Shown: positions 1 through 7,545 of the stretch, one piece after another
Position numbering within the stretch: position 1 is the stretch's first letter
Layout of the letters: every line of letters starts with the position of its first letter
Virus record (IMG/VR): IMGVR_UViG_3300044854_000040
Coordinates: 1-31,072 of that record
Direction: 5' to 3' (one strand)
DNA from: a virus
Taxonomy: Duplodnaviria > Caudoviricetes
DNA: 31,072 nucleotides
Made by a program: the position numbers and the translations under genes
The notes under the pieces: generated by a model
The model's database searches: none
Told to the model about the DNA's origin: nothing
What the model saw: only the letters and a program-made list of their open reading frames with translations

Positions 1-4
1 CGTG

Positions 5-100
5 TTATCCGAATATTGAAACTTCGTAGCTTCCGAAGGGCTCGGTAATTAATTCCTCATTGATTAGTTGCCAAGGTCCAGGTGTATGTTTAGTTTTCAT
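5..100 (-). CDS. Short phage protein with HTPGPW N-terminal motif (31 aa, possibly truncated)
   Basis: Hand translation MKTKHTPGPWQLINEELITEPFGSYEVSIFG*. ATGA overlap with the upstream ORF. KHTPGPW is a recurrent start of small phage proteins. Confidence 0.45.
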   Translation of the reverse strand: MKTKHTPGPWQLINEELITEPFGSYEVSIFG

Positions 101-270
101 TTCCGCCCCTTTCTGTCATAGGAATCAAAGATCTCACCAATCCTTGCTCGTGTATCTTCGTCGCAGAGCAGTTCGATGGCACCGAAGAACCGGGCCAAGA
201 AGATATTGCGGTCTTGGGCTACGCTGGCGACTTGAGCCGCGGCTAGTATTTGTTCGTTTGTGATTGGCAT
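97..270 (-). CDS. Hypothetical protein (57 aa, MPITNEQILAAAQ...)
   Basis: Hand-translated ORF below the track cutoff. Starts 1 nt after the upstream TAA and ends in an ATGA overlap. Confidence 0.6.
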   Translation of the reverse strand: MPITNEQILAAAQVASVAQDRNIFLARFFGAIELLCDEDTRARIGEIFDSYDRKGRK

Positions 271-271
271 A

Positions 272-490
272 TTAGATACCTGTTAAGGCAGAGCGAACGC
301 TAGATTTCGTGTATTTAGCTCCATCTGGCGTTTTGCTAGGTAGAACATTAAGCAAGTAAACCGTAGCTAAGTCTTTTGTGGAGTGGCGCCTGACCGCATC
401 CCTCGCGAGGTTATACAATCCTTCGTCGTTATTGATCCACAGTGATACGTTCCAGTGATTCCAATTTTTGTGTCCGTTATATGTTGTCAT
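272..490 (-). CDS. Conserved-type phage hypothetical protein (YNGxxNWxxWNVxLWIxNDExLY motif)
   Basis: Motif typical of small early phage proteins. Start placed at ATG 490, 1 nt after the upstream TGA. Confidence 0.75.
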   Translation of the reverse strand: MTTYNGHKNWNHWNVSLWINNDEGLYNLARDAVRRHSTKDLATVYLLNVLPSKTPDGAKYTKSSVRSALTGI

Positions 491-491
491 A

Positions 492-599
492 TCAGCACCA
501 TACAATTTTGAGTGAGAGGATTACCAGCGCGGATAAGACGCTGATGTGAGTTTCGGTATTGCCGTTGAGCCGGGCAATGTGGCGTTGGTGGATTGTCAT
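492..599 (-). CDS. Hypothetical small protein (35 aa)
   Basis: MTIHQRHIARLNGNTETHISVLSALVILSLKIVWC* fills the gap exactly, with an ATGA overlap at 596-599. Confidence 0.45.
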   Translation of the reverse strand: MTIHQRHIARLNGNTETHISVLSALVILSLKIVWC

Positions 600-820
600 T
601 TTATCCTCGTGATTTCATTGTTTTTACCAAATGCAAAAAGCATGTCATTAGCATGGATTTGGTATCCACGCCCCATTCGCACATTTTTTGGGGGCATGCG
701 CCCAGTGTGGTGTAACCATTCTCCGAGCACATGTGCGTACCACGCGGGTGATGTTTTGATGTGGGGGTTCTCATTACCGTCATATCCGGCGCGGGCGTAT
801 TCTGTTAGAGCGTTTTTCAT
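596..820 (-). CDS. Hypothetical phage protein (74 aa)
   Basis: ORF track; ATGA overlaps on both sides. Confidence 0.7.
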   Translation of the reverse strand: MKNALTEYARAGYDGNENPHIKTSPAWYAHVLGEWLHHTGRMPPKNVRMGRGYQIHANDMLFAFGKNNEITRIK

Positions 821-966
821 TTTGTTTGTCCTCGTAAGTGGTTAATGTAGCGATGAGCGTTGTTCATGTATTCGCACCATCTTGTTGGGGAGTAGCGGCA
901 ACCACGAGCCATCTGCAGCCACATCGTAGCGCGTTGGATAGTAGTGAGTCTGGCGAGGTGGTTCAT
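817..966 (-). CDS. Hypothetical protein (49 aa), first gene of the leftward operon
   Basis: Strong RBS (CCAGGAGAAGAAA) directly before ATG 966 (MNHLARLTT...). Confidence 0.65.
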   Translation of the reverse strand: MNHLARLTTIQRATMWLQMARGCRYSPTRWCEYMNNAHRYINHLRGQTK

Positions 967-1008
967 TTTCTTCTCCTGGTTGTTCGTGTTGGTGTACGCC
1001 CAAGTAGA

Positions 1009-1025
1009 AGCAGCAAACATGCCAA
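1009..1025 (-). promoter_or_regulatory. Putative sigma54 (-24/-12) promoter
   Basis: Minus strand TTGGCATGTTTGCTGCT versus consensus YTGGCACGRNNNTTGCW (GG-N10-GC), about 40 nt upstream of ATG 966. Confidence 0.55.
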
Positions 1026-1042
1026 CTAACAATAACCAATAC

Positions 1043-1055
1043 AATCAGCAACTTG
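1043..1055 (+). promoter_or_regulatory. Putative IHF site
   Basis: AATCAGCAACTTG fits WATCARNNNNTTR and lies just upstream of the sigma54-like promoter. Confidence 0.4.
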
Positions 1056-1137
1056 TAAATATTACAAACACGCAAATGTGACGCAGCACGTCACACGACT
1101 ACATAATCGCGTCACTTTGCGCCGCTCCAACGGCAGG

Positions 1138-1190
1138 TGTCGAGATCTCAACACTGTCAGGAATCCGTCACAAGTGTCAGAATCTCGACA
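1138..1190. promoter_or_regulatory. Tandem TGTC boxes / TGT-N10-ACA elements (candidate enhancer-binding-protein sites)
   Basis: TGTCGAGATCTCAACA (1138-1153), TGTCAGGAATCCGTCA (1155-1170) and TGTCAGAATCTCGACA (1175-1190). Outer 9-bp inverted repeat TGTCGAGAT/ATCTCGACA. Confidence 0.4.
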
Positions 1191-1209
1191 GTTAGTAGTT
1201 ACTAACCAA

Positions 1210-1227
1210 GAAATAAATTGCCGAAAA
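1210..1227 (+). repeat. 18-bp dispersed motif, copy 1 (GAAATAAATTGCCGAAAA)
   Basis: 16/18 identical to 9124-9141. Confidence 0.55.
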
Positions 1228-1369
1228 TGCCCTAAAAATGTATCGTGACACTTAGGCCAAGCAAAGATACATCGCCTCTCGCGCTTGTTCTGTGCGCGAG
1301 GTGGGCGCTTCACTTCACCTCGGCAGCATACAGCCGCAAACCGAGCACAGAAAAGAGCACAGGCCGTCG

Positions 1370-1382
1370 TAAGTTGTTGATA
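1370..1382 (-). promoter_or_regulatory. Putative IHF site
   Basis: Minus strand TATCAACAACTTA is an exact WATCAANNNNTTR match. Confidence 0.5.
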
Positions 1383-1445
1383 CTAAACAGCTAAACAGGA
1401 TAGAGCAACCCCCTAGATAGGGGTCGCACCATAGGTTGCAGCACG

Positions 1446-1458
1446 CAACGCATTGATT
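1446..1458 (-). promoter_or_regulatory. Putative IHF site
   Basis: Minus strand AATCAATGCGTTG is an exact WATCAANNNNTTR match. Confidence 0.5.
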
Positions 1459-1628
1459 CATAAGGATAGATCATATCCTTAATTTTTTCGTCTCAAAAAC
1501 CGATCCTGAGGGGGCCGGGGAGGGGGAAAATGATTTTGATTTTGGCGGCGGGGCAGGTATCGGTACGTCGGCTATATTTTTGGAAGACCTAAAATTTTTT
1601 GAAAAACTTTACAAGCATACTTTTACAT

Positions 1629-1880
1629 ATGACCAATGATTTCGATGTATCAAAACTAGATCCCAATGTTTTAAAGGCAATCGCAAAGGATTTGTTAGAA
1701 AATGGGCATTGGTGCTTTTCAACAATTGCCGATGAGCTAACCGATGGTCAAGGAGGAATTTATTACTCCTTGCTAGATCACCTGTATCCAGAAACCACAA
1801 TTCCCTCTCACATGTCATACTTCGAATGGCGATCCTGGCAATGCCTTCACATGGCCGAATTCATCAGGGCGCAGCGATGA
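1629..1880 (+). CDS. Hypothetical protein
   Basis: ORF track 1599..1880; ATG 1629 preferred as start. Stop overlaps the pseB ATG (ATGA). Confidence 0.6.
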   Translation: MTNDFDVSKLDPNVLKAIAKDLLENGHWCFSTIADELTDGQGGIYYSLLDHLYPETTIPSHMSYFEWRSWQCLHMAEFIRAQR

Positions 1881-2746
1881 CCTCCATCCTAATCACCGGT
1901 GGCACAGGTTTTTTTGCGAAGCACTTCACAAAACACTTGCTTTCGCTTAGCGAGTACGAACGAATTTGCATATACTCCAGAGACGAACACAAACAAGCGA
2001 GCATGCTCCATGAATTCGGATCAGACCCCCGACTCAGATTCTTCATTGGTGATGTTAGAGATAAAACTCGGCTTCGTCGTGCTATGGCTGGCTGCGATGT
2101 CATCGTTCATGCCGCAGCTCTTAAGCGAATTGAGACAGGGTTCTACAACCCTGATGAAATGCTTAAAACAAACGTCCACGGAACAATGAATGTGATTGAT
2201 GCGGCAACGGACGTACACGCAGAGAAGGTCGTTTATCTTAGTACCGACAAGGCTTACCAGCCCGTCAGCCCTTACGGTATGAGTAAGGCAATGGCCGAAG
2301 CTCTCATCCTGTCAGCGAATACCACTCACGCTTCGCCAACGAAGTTTGCGGTTACCAGGTACGGGAATGTCGCGGGCTCGACGGGGAGTGTCATACCGAA
2401 GTGGCGGGAGTTGATAACCTCTCACTACTTTTACAAGATCAAAGATTTTCTTGCAGACCCACAAGTCCCCGTCACCGACCCCGAATGCACTCGCTTCTGG
2501 ATGACCGCCGACCAAGCAGTGCAACTCGTCATGCAGGCAATCGAAGAGATGCCAACCTCGCCCCTCATCCCGGAGTTACCCGCCTTTCGTCTGAAAGATC
2601 TTGCTTCGGCCATGAATGCAAGTATGCTTGTAACCGGGTTGCCGGCCGGCGAGAAGAAGCACGAGTCGATGTGTTTTGGGAATAGCAGCGACACCGCAAG
2701 GCGAATGAGCGTTGAAGAACTGAAGGAGGCGTTGAAACATGTCTAG
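1877..2746 (+). CDS. pseB: UDP-N-acetylglucosamine 4,6-dehydratase (inverting), PseB-like
   Basis: ILITGGTGFF Rossmann motif, SRDEHKQ, FFIGDVRD, HAAALK, STDKA, YGMSK (YxxxK), RYGNV and TRFW. Start at the ATGA overlap 1877. Confidence 0.9.
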   Translation: MTSILITGGTGFFAKHFTKHLLSLSEYERICIYSRDEHKQASMLHEFGSDPRLRFFIGDVRDKTRLRRAMAGCDVIVHAAALKRIETGFYNPDEMLKTNVHGTMNVIDAATDVHAEKVVYLSTDKAYQPVSPYGMSKAMAEALILSANTTHASPTKFAVTRYGNVAGSTGSVIPKWRELITSHYFYKIKDFLADPQVPVTDPECTRFWMTADQAVQLVMQAIEEMPTSPLIPELPAFRLKDLASAMNASMLVTGLPAGEKKHESMCFGNSSDTARRMSVEELKEALKHV

Positions 2747-3347
2747 AAATCCGCACCACGTCACCCGCGAATTCGAAGCAGCATTGTGCGAGTACACCGG
2801 CGCAAAATATGCGGTAGCAGTGAACAGTTGCACGTCAGCCTTGTTACTAGCACTTGCTTTTAACAGAATTCCGACTGTTACTCAATACGCAGACATTCCG
2901 AAGCGTACATACGTGTCAGTACCAATGGTAATTAAGCAATTGGAGTACCAACTAAGTTTTCGTGATGAAGACTGGATGGGTAGTTACGAAATTTATCCCA
3001 CTACCGTCTACGACTGCGCCCGCCGCTTCACCTCAGGCATGTACGCACCCGGAACCTTCCAATGCGTCAGTTTCCACGCCTCCAAGATCCTTGGTTTAGA
3101 GCAAGGCGGTGCGATATTGCACGACAACCCGCAAGCGGATGTGTGGCTCCGCAAAGCGCGGTTCGACGGCAGAACGGAAGGAGTAGCGCCCAAGGATGAT
3201 ACGTTTACTTTCATAGGCTTCCATTGCTACATGAACCCGAGCACGGCCGCGCAAGGATTGCTGAAGCTGCACTCACTGCCAATGCACAACGCTGATTTGC
3301 CGAACGATGACTACCCTGATTTATCGCAGATGGAGATTTTCAAATGA
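2739..3347 (+). CDS. pseC: Shortened DegT/DnrJ/EryC1/StrS-family PLP sugar aminotransferase, PseC-like
   Basis: FEAALCEYTGAKYAVAVNSCTSALLLAL, PLP-lysine motif SFHASKIL..EQGGAI, and GFHCYMN. Only 202 aa. Confidence 0.8.
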   Translation: MSRNPHHVTREFEAALCEYTGAKYAVAVNSCTSALLLALAFNRIPTVTQYADIPKRTYVSVPMVIKQLEYQLSFRDEDWMGSYEIYPTTVYDCARRFTSGMYAPGTFQCVSFHASKILGLEQGGAILHDNPQADVWLRKARFDGRTEGVAPKDDTFTFIGFHCYMNPSTAAQGLLKLHSLPMHNADLPNDDYPDLSQMEIFK

Positions 3348-3430
3348 TGTTTCTCTGTTTCTGCATTGGGGTAGTTGTAGGCATGCTCCTAACACTTATC
3401 GCAATCGTTGCAGCGGTGTTTCATCGATGA
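3344..3430 (+). CDS. Tiny single-TM peptide (28 aa)
   Basis: MMFLCFCIGVVVGMLLTLIAIVAAVFHR*; ATGA overlaps at both ends. Confidence 0.55.
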   Translation: MMFLCFCIGVVVGMLLTLIAIVAAVFHR

Positions 3431-3516
3431 TACTGATAATCGTGCTTGGTGCTTTTCTAATAGGGTTCATCACCGGCTCATTGCTAGCCCGATGGATTGA
3501 TAGGGGAATCGGATGA
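3427..3516 (+). CDS. Tiny single-TM peptide (29 aa)
   Basis: MILIIVLGAFLIGFITGSLLARWIDRGIG*; ATGA overlaps at both ends. Confidence 0.55.
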   Translation: MILIIVLGAFLIGFITGSLLARWIDRGIG

Positions 3517-3863
3517 CCGACAGATACGAGATCGCGGTAGGCCGCGAAGAGAACAATGTGATCTTGAAGATAGGCCGGGTGTACAACACGCAGCTCGGCC
3601 AACCGACTGTCGATATCATGTGTATTGTGCCGATCGACATCCAAGGGGCGCTGGATATCGCCGAAGCGATGGCGGGCAAAGCGTTCGAGTGTGAAGGCAT
3701 GATACCGAAAGCAGGGGAAGCGTTGAAGGTGGAGTTGGCGGAAAGACACGCGAAGAAGTTAGTGCCGAAGATTGTTTTGATGCTGCGTAGCTTGCACGAT
3801 AAGAACTTGCAATATCAGGCTGAAGCGATTGTTGGTGAATGTTTGAGTGAGGTGTTGGGATGA
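3513..3863 (+). CDS. Hypothetical protein (116 aa)
   Basis: ORF track; GGGGA RBS; ATGA coupling. Confidence 0.75.
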   Translation: MTDRYEIAVGREENNVILKIGRVYNTQLGQPTVDIMCIVPIDIQGALDIAEAMAGKAFECEGMIPKAGEALKVELAERHAKKLVPKIVLMLRSLHDKNLQYQAEAIVGECLSEVLG

Positions 3864-4036
3864 GCATAAAGTTAAAAGACGAAATGGTGGAAGAGATGGT
3901 CGCTTTGAGCGAAATAGCGGTAAAGCAAGCGATTATTACTTTGACAGAGATCGCTAAGGAAGGAACGGAAGAACAACGCGTAAGAGCTTCAGATATTTTA
4001 TTGTGCATTTTTTCTCGACCGGTAAAAATGCCATGA
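3860..4036 (+). CDS. Hypothetical helical protein (58 aa)
   Basis: MSIKLKDEMVEEMVALSEIAVKQAIITLTEIAKEGTEEQRVRASDILL...; GAGG RBS; ATGA overlaps at both ends. Confidence 0.6.
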   Translation: MSIKLKDEMVEEMVALSEIAVKQAIITLTEIAKEGTEEQRVRASDILLCIFSRPVKMP

Positions 4037-4620
4037 CAAACATTTGCGTAATACCAGCGCGCGGCGGATCACGCCGTATTCCGAAGAAGAACATCAAGCT
4101 CTTTCACGGTAAGCCGATTATCGCTTACAGCATTGAGACAGCGAAGGCAAGCGGATTGTTCGATGAGATTTACGTTTCAACGGATGATGTAGAAATCGCT
4201 AACGTAGCCGCGCAGTATGGGGCCAAGATTCACAAGCGCCCTGAAGAATTGGCGAGAGATGAAGTTGGGACGCAGGAAGTAGGACGTGCTTTTTATGATT
4301 GGTTAGATAACAACAGAATTAATGAGATGTGCTTGATTTATGCTACGGCGCCAATGCTTCGAGTAGAAGATTTAAGGGGTTCTTACAGGCATTTATTGCG
4401 GGGGGACAGGTGTGGTTTCGTTTTTTCAGTTGGCGCAAATCCGCTTCGAGATGCGGGCATGTTTTATTGGGGGGAAGCTTTTCTTTGGTCGCATGAGTGT
4501 TATGAATTAATAGATTTTAATAGCTCCATGTGGCCTATCCCAGAAAACCGTATCTGTGACATCAACACCCCCGAAGATTGGGAACGCGCCGAGCGTATGT
4601 ACGAGGAGCTGCACAAATGA
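4033..4620 (+). CDS. pseF: Nonulosonic acid cytidylyltransferase, PseF-like
   Basis: VIPARGGSRRIPKKNIK.F.GKPII, VSTDD.EI, YATAP, DAG.FYWG and DINTPEDW.RAE. Confidence 0.9.
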   Translation: MTNICVIPARGGSRRIPKKNIKLFHGKPIIAYSIETAKASGLFDEIYVSTDDVEIANVAAQYGAKIHKRPEELARDEVGTQEVGRAFYDWLDNNRINEMCLIYATAPMLRVEDLRGSYRHLLRGDRCGFVFSVGANPLRDAGMFYWGEAFLWSHECYELIDFNSSMWPIPENRICDINTPEDWERAERMYEELHK

Positions 4621-4949
4621 TCGAAGTCACTGACGCAATGCTCGATTTAGGACAACTGCTTTTGGAAGAACTTGGCAAGAACGAGATGTCCGAGCGCGAG
4701 ACTATCAAGCAGATGTTCGTGCAGATGTACGAGATGGCCAAGCCTGTTGAGCGTCAAGTGGCGCAGCAGCGGTCGTCAGCTTCAGTAAGCGACACGCATA
4801 GGCAGAGACTCAAAGGGTTGCTGATTGATTTCGAAGTGCCGTTCAAAGGGCACAAAGGAGGAGCGATTGAGATGATGGAGCACGAACTGGTTTTTCATTT
4901 CGATCAGGATGAGAAGTTTTTTGAAGTTGTCGATAAGAGGTTGCTATGA
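4617..4949 (+). CDS. Hypothetical protein
   Basis: Start at ATGA overlap 4617 with GAGGAG RBS; stop overlaps the next ATG. Confidence 0.7.
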   Translation: MIEVTDAMLDLGQLLLEELGKNEMSERETIKQMFVQMYEMAKPVERQVAQQRSSASVSDTHRQRLKGLLIDFEVPFKGHKGGAIEMMEHELVFHFDQDEKFFEVVDKRLL

Positions 4950-5500
4950 CACCACAAGAAGAATTTTGGAAAGGCGAATTCGGGGATGATTACACCAAAC
5001 GTAATCGCGTTGACTGGCGTGCGCGCATTCCGTTTTGGGAAGGCATAATCCATTATACTGGAGCGCGGTCGGTATTAGAGTTCGGTTGCAATGCTGGGTG
5101 GAATCTCAGCGCCATCCAAAGAGCATTTCCTCACACGGGGCTGAGGGGAGTAGAAATAAACTATAACGCCTTGCACCAGGCGAGTTCGGCCGGTCTTATT
5201 GTTTACGATAACATTTACGGGGAATCTGAACTTGTCTTCACGGCCGGCGTGCTTATCCACATCCCGCCCGAGCAACTTCGCGACACCATGCAAAAACTGA
5301 TTGACGCTAGCTGCGATTATGTACTCGCTGTTGAGTATGCGGCGGACGAAGAAACGGAAGTCGAATACCGTGGGCACAAGGAACGATTGTGGAAGCGGCC
5401 GTACGGTAAGCTTTATGAACAAATGGGGCTCATCTATGTGTGGAGGGGGAAAGCGGAAGGGTTCGACAACTGTGATTTTTGGTTGATGAGGAAGCCATGA
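4946..5500 (+). CDS. Pseudaminic acid biosynthesis-associated SAM-dependent methyltransferase
   Basis: QEEFWKGEFGDDYTKRN, SAM motif VLEFGCNAG.NL, GVEIN, LVFT.GVLIHI.P and VEYRGH...LWKR.Y. Confidence 0.85.
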   Translation: MTPQEEFWKGEFGDDYTKRNRVDWRARIPFWEGIIHYTGARSVLEFGCNAGWNLSAIQRAFPHTGLRGVEINYNALHQASSAGLIVYDNIYGESELVFTAGVLIHIPPEQLRDTMQKLIDASCDYVLAVEYAADEETEVEYRGHKERLWKRPYGKLYEQMGLIYVWRGKAEGFDNCDFWLMRKP

Positions 5501-6612
5501 TCTTCAAACGCTGCACTCGGTGCCTCTACCCCTGTACCAAACCGGACCTACATTTCGATGAGCAAGAGGTTTGCTCCGCATGTCGGTCTTTCGATAAACG
5601 TAAGACGATAGATTGGAAAACTCGTGAACAAGAACTTATCAGAATTTTGGAAACCACGCCCAAGAACGGCTCTGGATACGACTGTATTATCCCGTCGTCA
5701 GGTGGTAAAGATTCTCATTGGCAAGCACTTCGGCTTCTGGAACTCGGTGCGCGGCCTTTGGTTGTTACGGCGACCACATGCCATCCTACAGCGATTGGGC
5801 ATGCGAATATTGCTAATCTCGCTCGCTACGCGACCACCATTGAGGTATCGCCAAATAAAACCGTTAGAAGGAAATTGAACCGTGCTGGATTGGACTTGGT
5901 TGGTGACATTAGTTGGCCTGAACATGTCAGTATCTTCACTACTCCCTTCAATATGGCTTGCTCTTTGGGTATACCTCTTATTTTCTACGGGGAAAATCCT
6001 CAGGAAGCCTACGGCGGCCCGCAAGGGGCGGATGAAGCGAAACAAATGACGCGTCGTTGGGTGTCGGAGTTCGGTGGTTTCCTCGGACTTCGGCCACAGG
6101 ATCTTGTTGGCTACGATGGAATTACCGAGCGCGATATGCAGGATTACATGCCCCCGAAAGACGAGGACATCGCGCGCATTGGTGTGCAAGCATACTTTCT
6201 TGGGCAGTTTTACGAGTGGGATTCTCTTCGTAATGAAGAAGTAGCTGAAGCAGCAGGTATGAAACAAGAACGCCCTTACAGAGCTAATCTTTGGTGGGGG
6301 GAGAATCAAGACAATGCACAAACCGGATTGCACGATCACATGATGTACCGGAAATACGGGTATGGGAGAGGATGCGCCCAGGCCAGTGTTAATTGTCGAA
6401 ATTTTCCGGGAGGAAGAGAATCTCTTTTAGCCTGGTTGGAACAATCCGATGGTTTGTTTCCTTTCAGTTACATGGGCGTTTCGATTTATGATGTTCTCGA
6501 ACCACTCGGCCTTACTTTCGATGACTTAATTCCTATCTTGGACCGCTTCACCAACTGGGATCTGTTTCATCGAGTTGAAGACCTACGACCGATATTGAAG
6601 GAGTTCGAATAA
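5497..6612 (+). CDS. N-acetyl sugar amidotransferase (PseA/WbuX family, PP-loop)
   Basis: N-terminal CTRC...CSAC, YDCIIPSSGGKDS PP-loop, FYGEN..EYGG-like motif and HD..MY.KYGYGR. Confidence 0.9.
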   Translation: MIFKRCTRCLYPCTKPDLHFDEQEVCSACRSFDKRKTIDWKTREQELIRILETTPKNGSGYDCIIPSSGGKDSHWQALRLLELGARPLVVTATTCHPTAIGHANIANLARYATTIEVSPNKTVRRKLNRAGLDLVGDISWPEHVSIFTTPFNMACSLGIPLIFYGENPQEAYGGPQGADEAKQMTRRWVSEFGGFLGLRPQDLVGYDGITERDMQDYMPPKDEDIARIGVQAYFLGQFYEWDSLRNEEVAEAAGMKQERPYRANLWWGENQDNAQTGLHDHMMYRKYGYGRGCAQASVNCRNFPGGRESLLAWLEQSDGLFPFSYMGVSIYDVLEPLGLTFDDLIPILDRFTNWDLFHRVEDLRPILKEFE

Positions 6613-6707
6613 TGGAGAGTTGCTTTTTGATAGGTGTTACTTTAATAGCCTCAGGCCTCATTGTCATAATAATTACCGGCGTTGTAGCATTGTTCCAAAT
6701 GATCTAA
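6612..6707 (+). CDS. Tiny single-TM peptide (31 aa)
   Basis: MESCFLIGVTLIASGLIVIIITGVVALFQMI*; AAGGAG RBS; TAATG overlaps at both ends. Confidence 0.6.
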   Translation: MESCFLIGVTLIASGLIVIIITGVVALFQMI

Positions 6708-7426
6708 TGCTTGCCACTAGAATAATTCCTACGCTCCTTTGCCGCGGCCGGCAGTTGATCAAAGGCAAGCAGTTCAATAGCTGGCGATCGGTCGGGCTCG
6801 CTGCGCAAGCAGTGCGTATTCATCAACAACGCGGGGTTGATGAGTTGATACTGCTCGACATCGCAGCGACGCCCGAAGGCCGCGGCCCGGATCTTGATCT
6901 TATTCGCGAGTTGTCGGAAGTGTTGTTCTGCCCGCTGACGGTGGGCGGCGGCGTGAAGTCGATCGATGATGTTCATGCACTGCTTAACGCAGGCGCGGAT
7001 AAGGTAGCGATTAAGACAGCGGCGTATAAAGATCCGGAAATAGTGCGGAAGATAGCTGATAGATTCGGATCGCAGGCTATTGTGGTGGCGGTGGATCACA
7101 GATTTAGTAAGTTGTTGGGAATGGACATCGAAATAGCTGACGCTGAATACTTTCAAGAGCAAGGCGCGGGGGAAATACTTCTTACTTCGGTAGATAGAGA
7201 AGGAACAATGGAGGGGTACAACTTAGCGGTTGTCGCAAATGTCGCAAGGCGCGTGAACATACCAGTCATCGCCCACGGCGGGTGCTCAGGTTACGAAGAC
7301 ATGTACAACGCAATACAGGCAGGCGCCAGCGCGGTAGCAGCAGGGGCGTTGTTTCAGTTTACCGACTGCACGCCACGTGGCGCTGCGGAGTATTTGAAAG
7401 CAAGAGGAGTGGAGGTGAGAACGTGA
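6707..7426 (+). CDS. HisF2/WbuZ-like protein of sugar amidation (ImGP synthase cyclase fold)
   Basis: RIIPTLL (the HisF catalytic Asp of RIIPCLD is absent), DELILLDI.A, PLTVGGGV, GADKV, GAGEILLTSVDREGT..GY and IA.GG. Confidence 0.85.
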   Translation: MLATRIIPTLLCRGRQLIKGKQFNSWRSVGLAAQAVRIHQQRGVDELILLDIAATPEGRGPDLDLIRELSEVLFCPLTVGGGVKSIDDVHALLNAGADKVAIKTAAYKDPEIVRKIADRFGSQAIVVAVDHRFSKLLGMDIEIADAEYFQEQGAGEILLTSVDREGTMEGYNLAVVANVARRVNIPVIAHGGCSGYEDMYNAIQAGASAVAAGALFQFTDCTPRGAAEYLKARGVEVRT

Positions 7427-7545
7427 CGCTAGATCAAAAGTGGAAAAGGAATTTAGAAACAAGACCAGGGCATTATTTTGCTTTGCATCTTCGAAATGGT
7501 AATTATTCGATTCATAAATATCGAAAGCAGAAAGCTTACAAATGA
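7423..7545 (+). CDS. Hypothetical basic peptide (40 aa)
   Basis: GTG start in a GTGA overlap with GGAGG RBS; ends in an ATGA overlap. Confidence 0.5.
   Translation: MTLDQKWKRNLETRPGHYFALHLRNGNYSIHKYRKQKAYK

Noticed and set aside
817-1044. Longer 75-aa version of the ORF with a signal-peptide-like N-terminus
   Set aside because: The strong RBS lies before ATG 966, and the extension overlaps the sigma54-like promoter.
1077-1095. CRP site (TGTGA...TCACA)
   Set aside because: The spacer is 9 bp rather than 6, so it is kept only as a generic palindrome.
3860-4036. Second terminase small subunit (AI.TL.EIA..G.E..RV.AS..LL motif)
   Set aside because: Only 58 aa with a generic helical-hairpin pattern; a better TerS exists at 9193-9750.
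5698-6339. Long antisense ORFs (this 213-aa one, 15850-16434, 6704-7162 and others)
   Set aside because: They are shadows of well-supported plus-strand genes, with no recognisable motifs.
6707-7426. hisF as a histidine-biosynthesis auxiliary gene
   Set aside because: It lacks the catalytic Asp in the first strand motif and sits beside a sugar amidotransferase, which fits HisF2/WbuZ.
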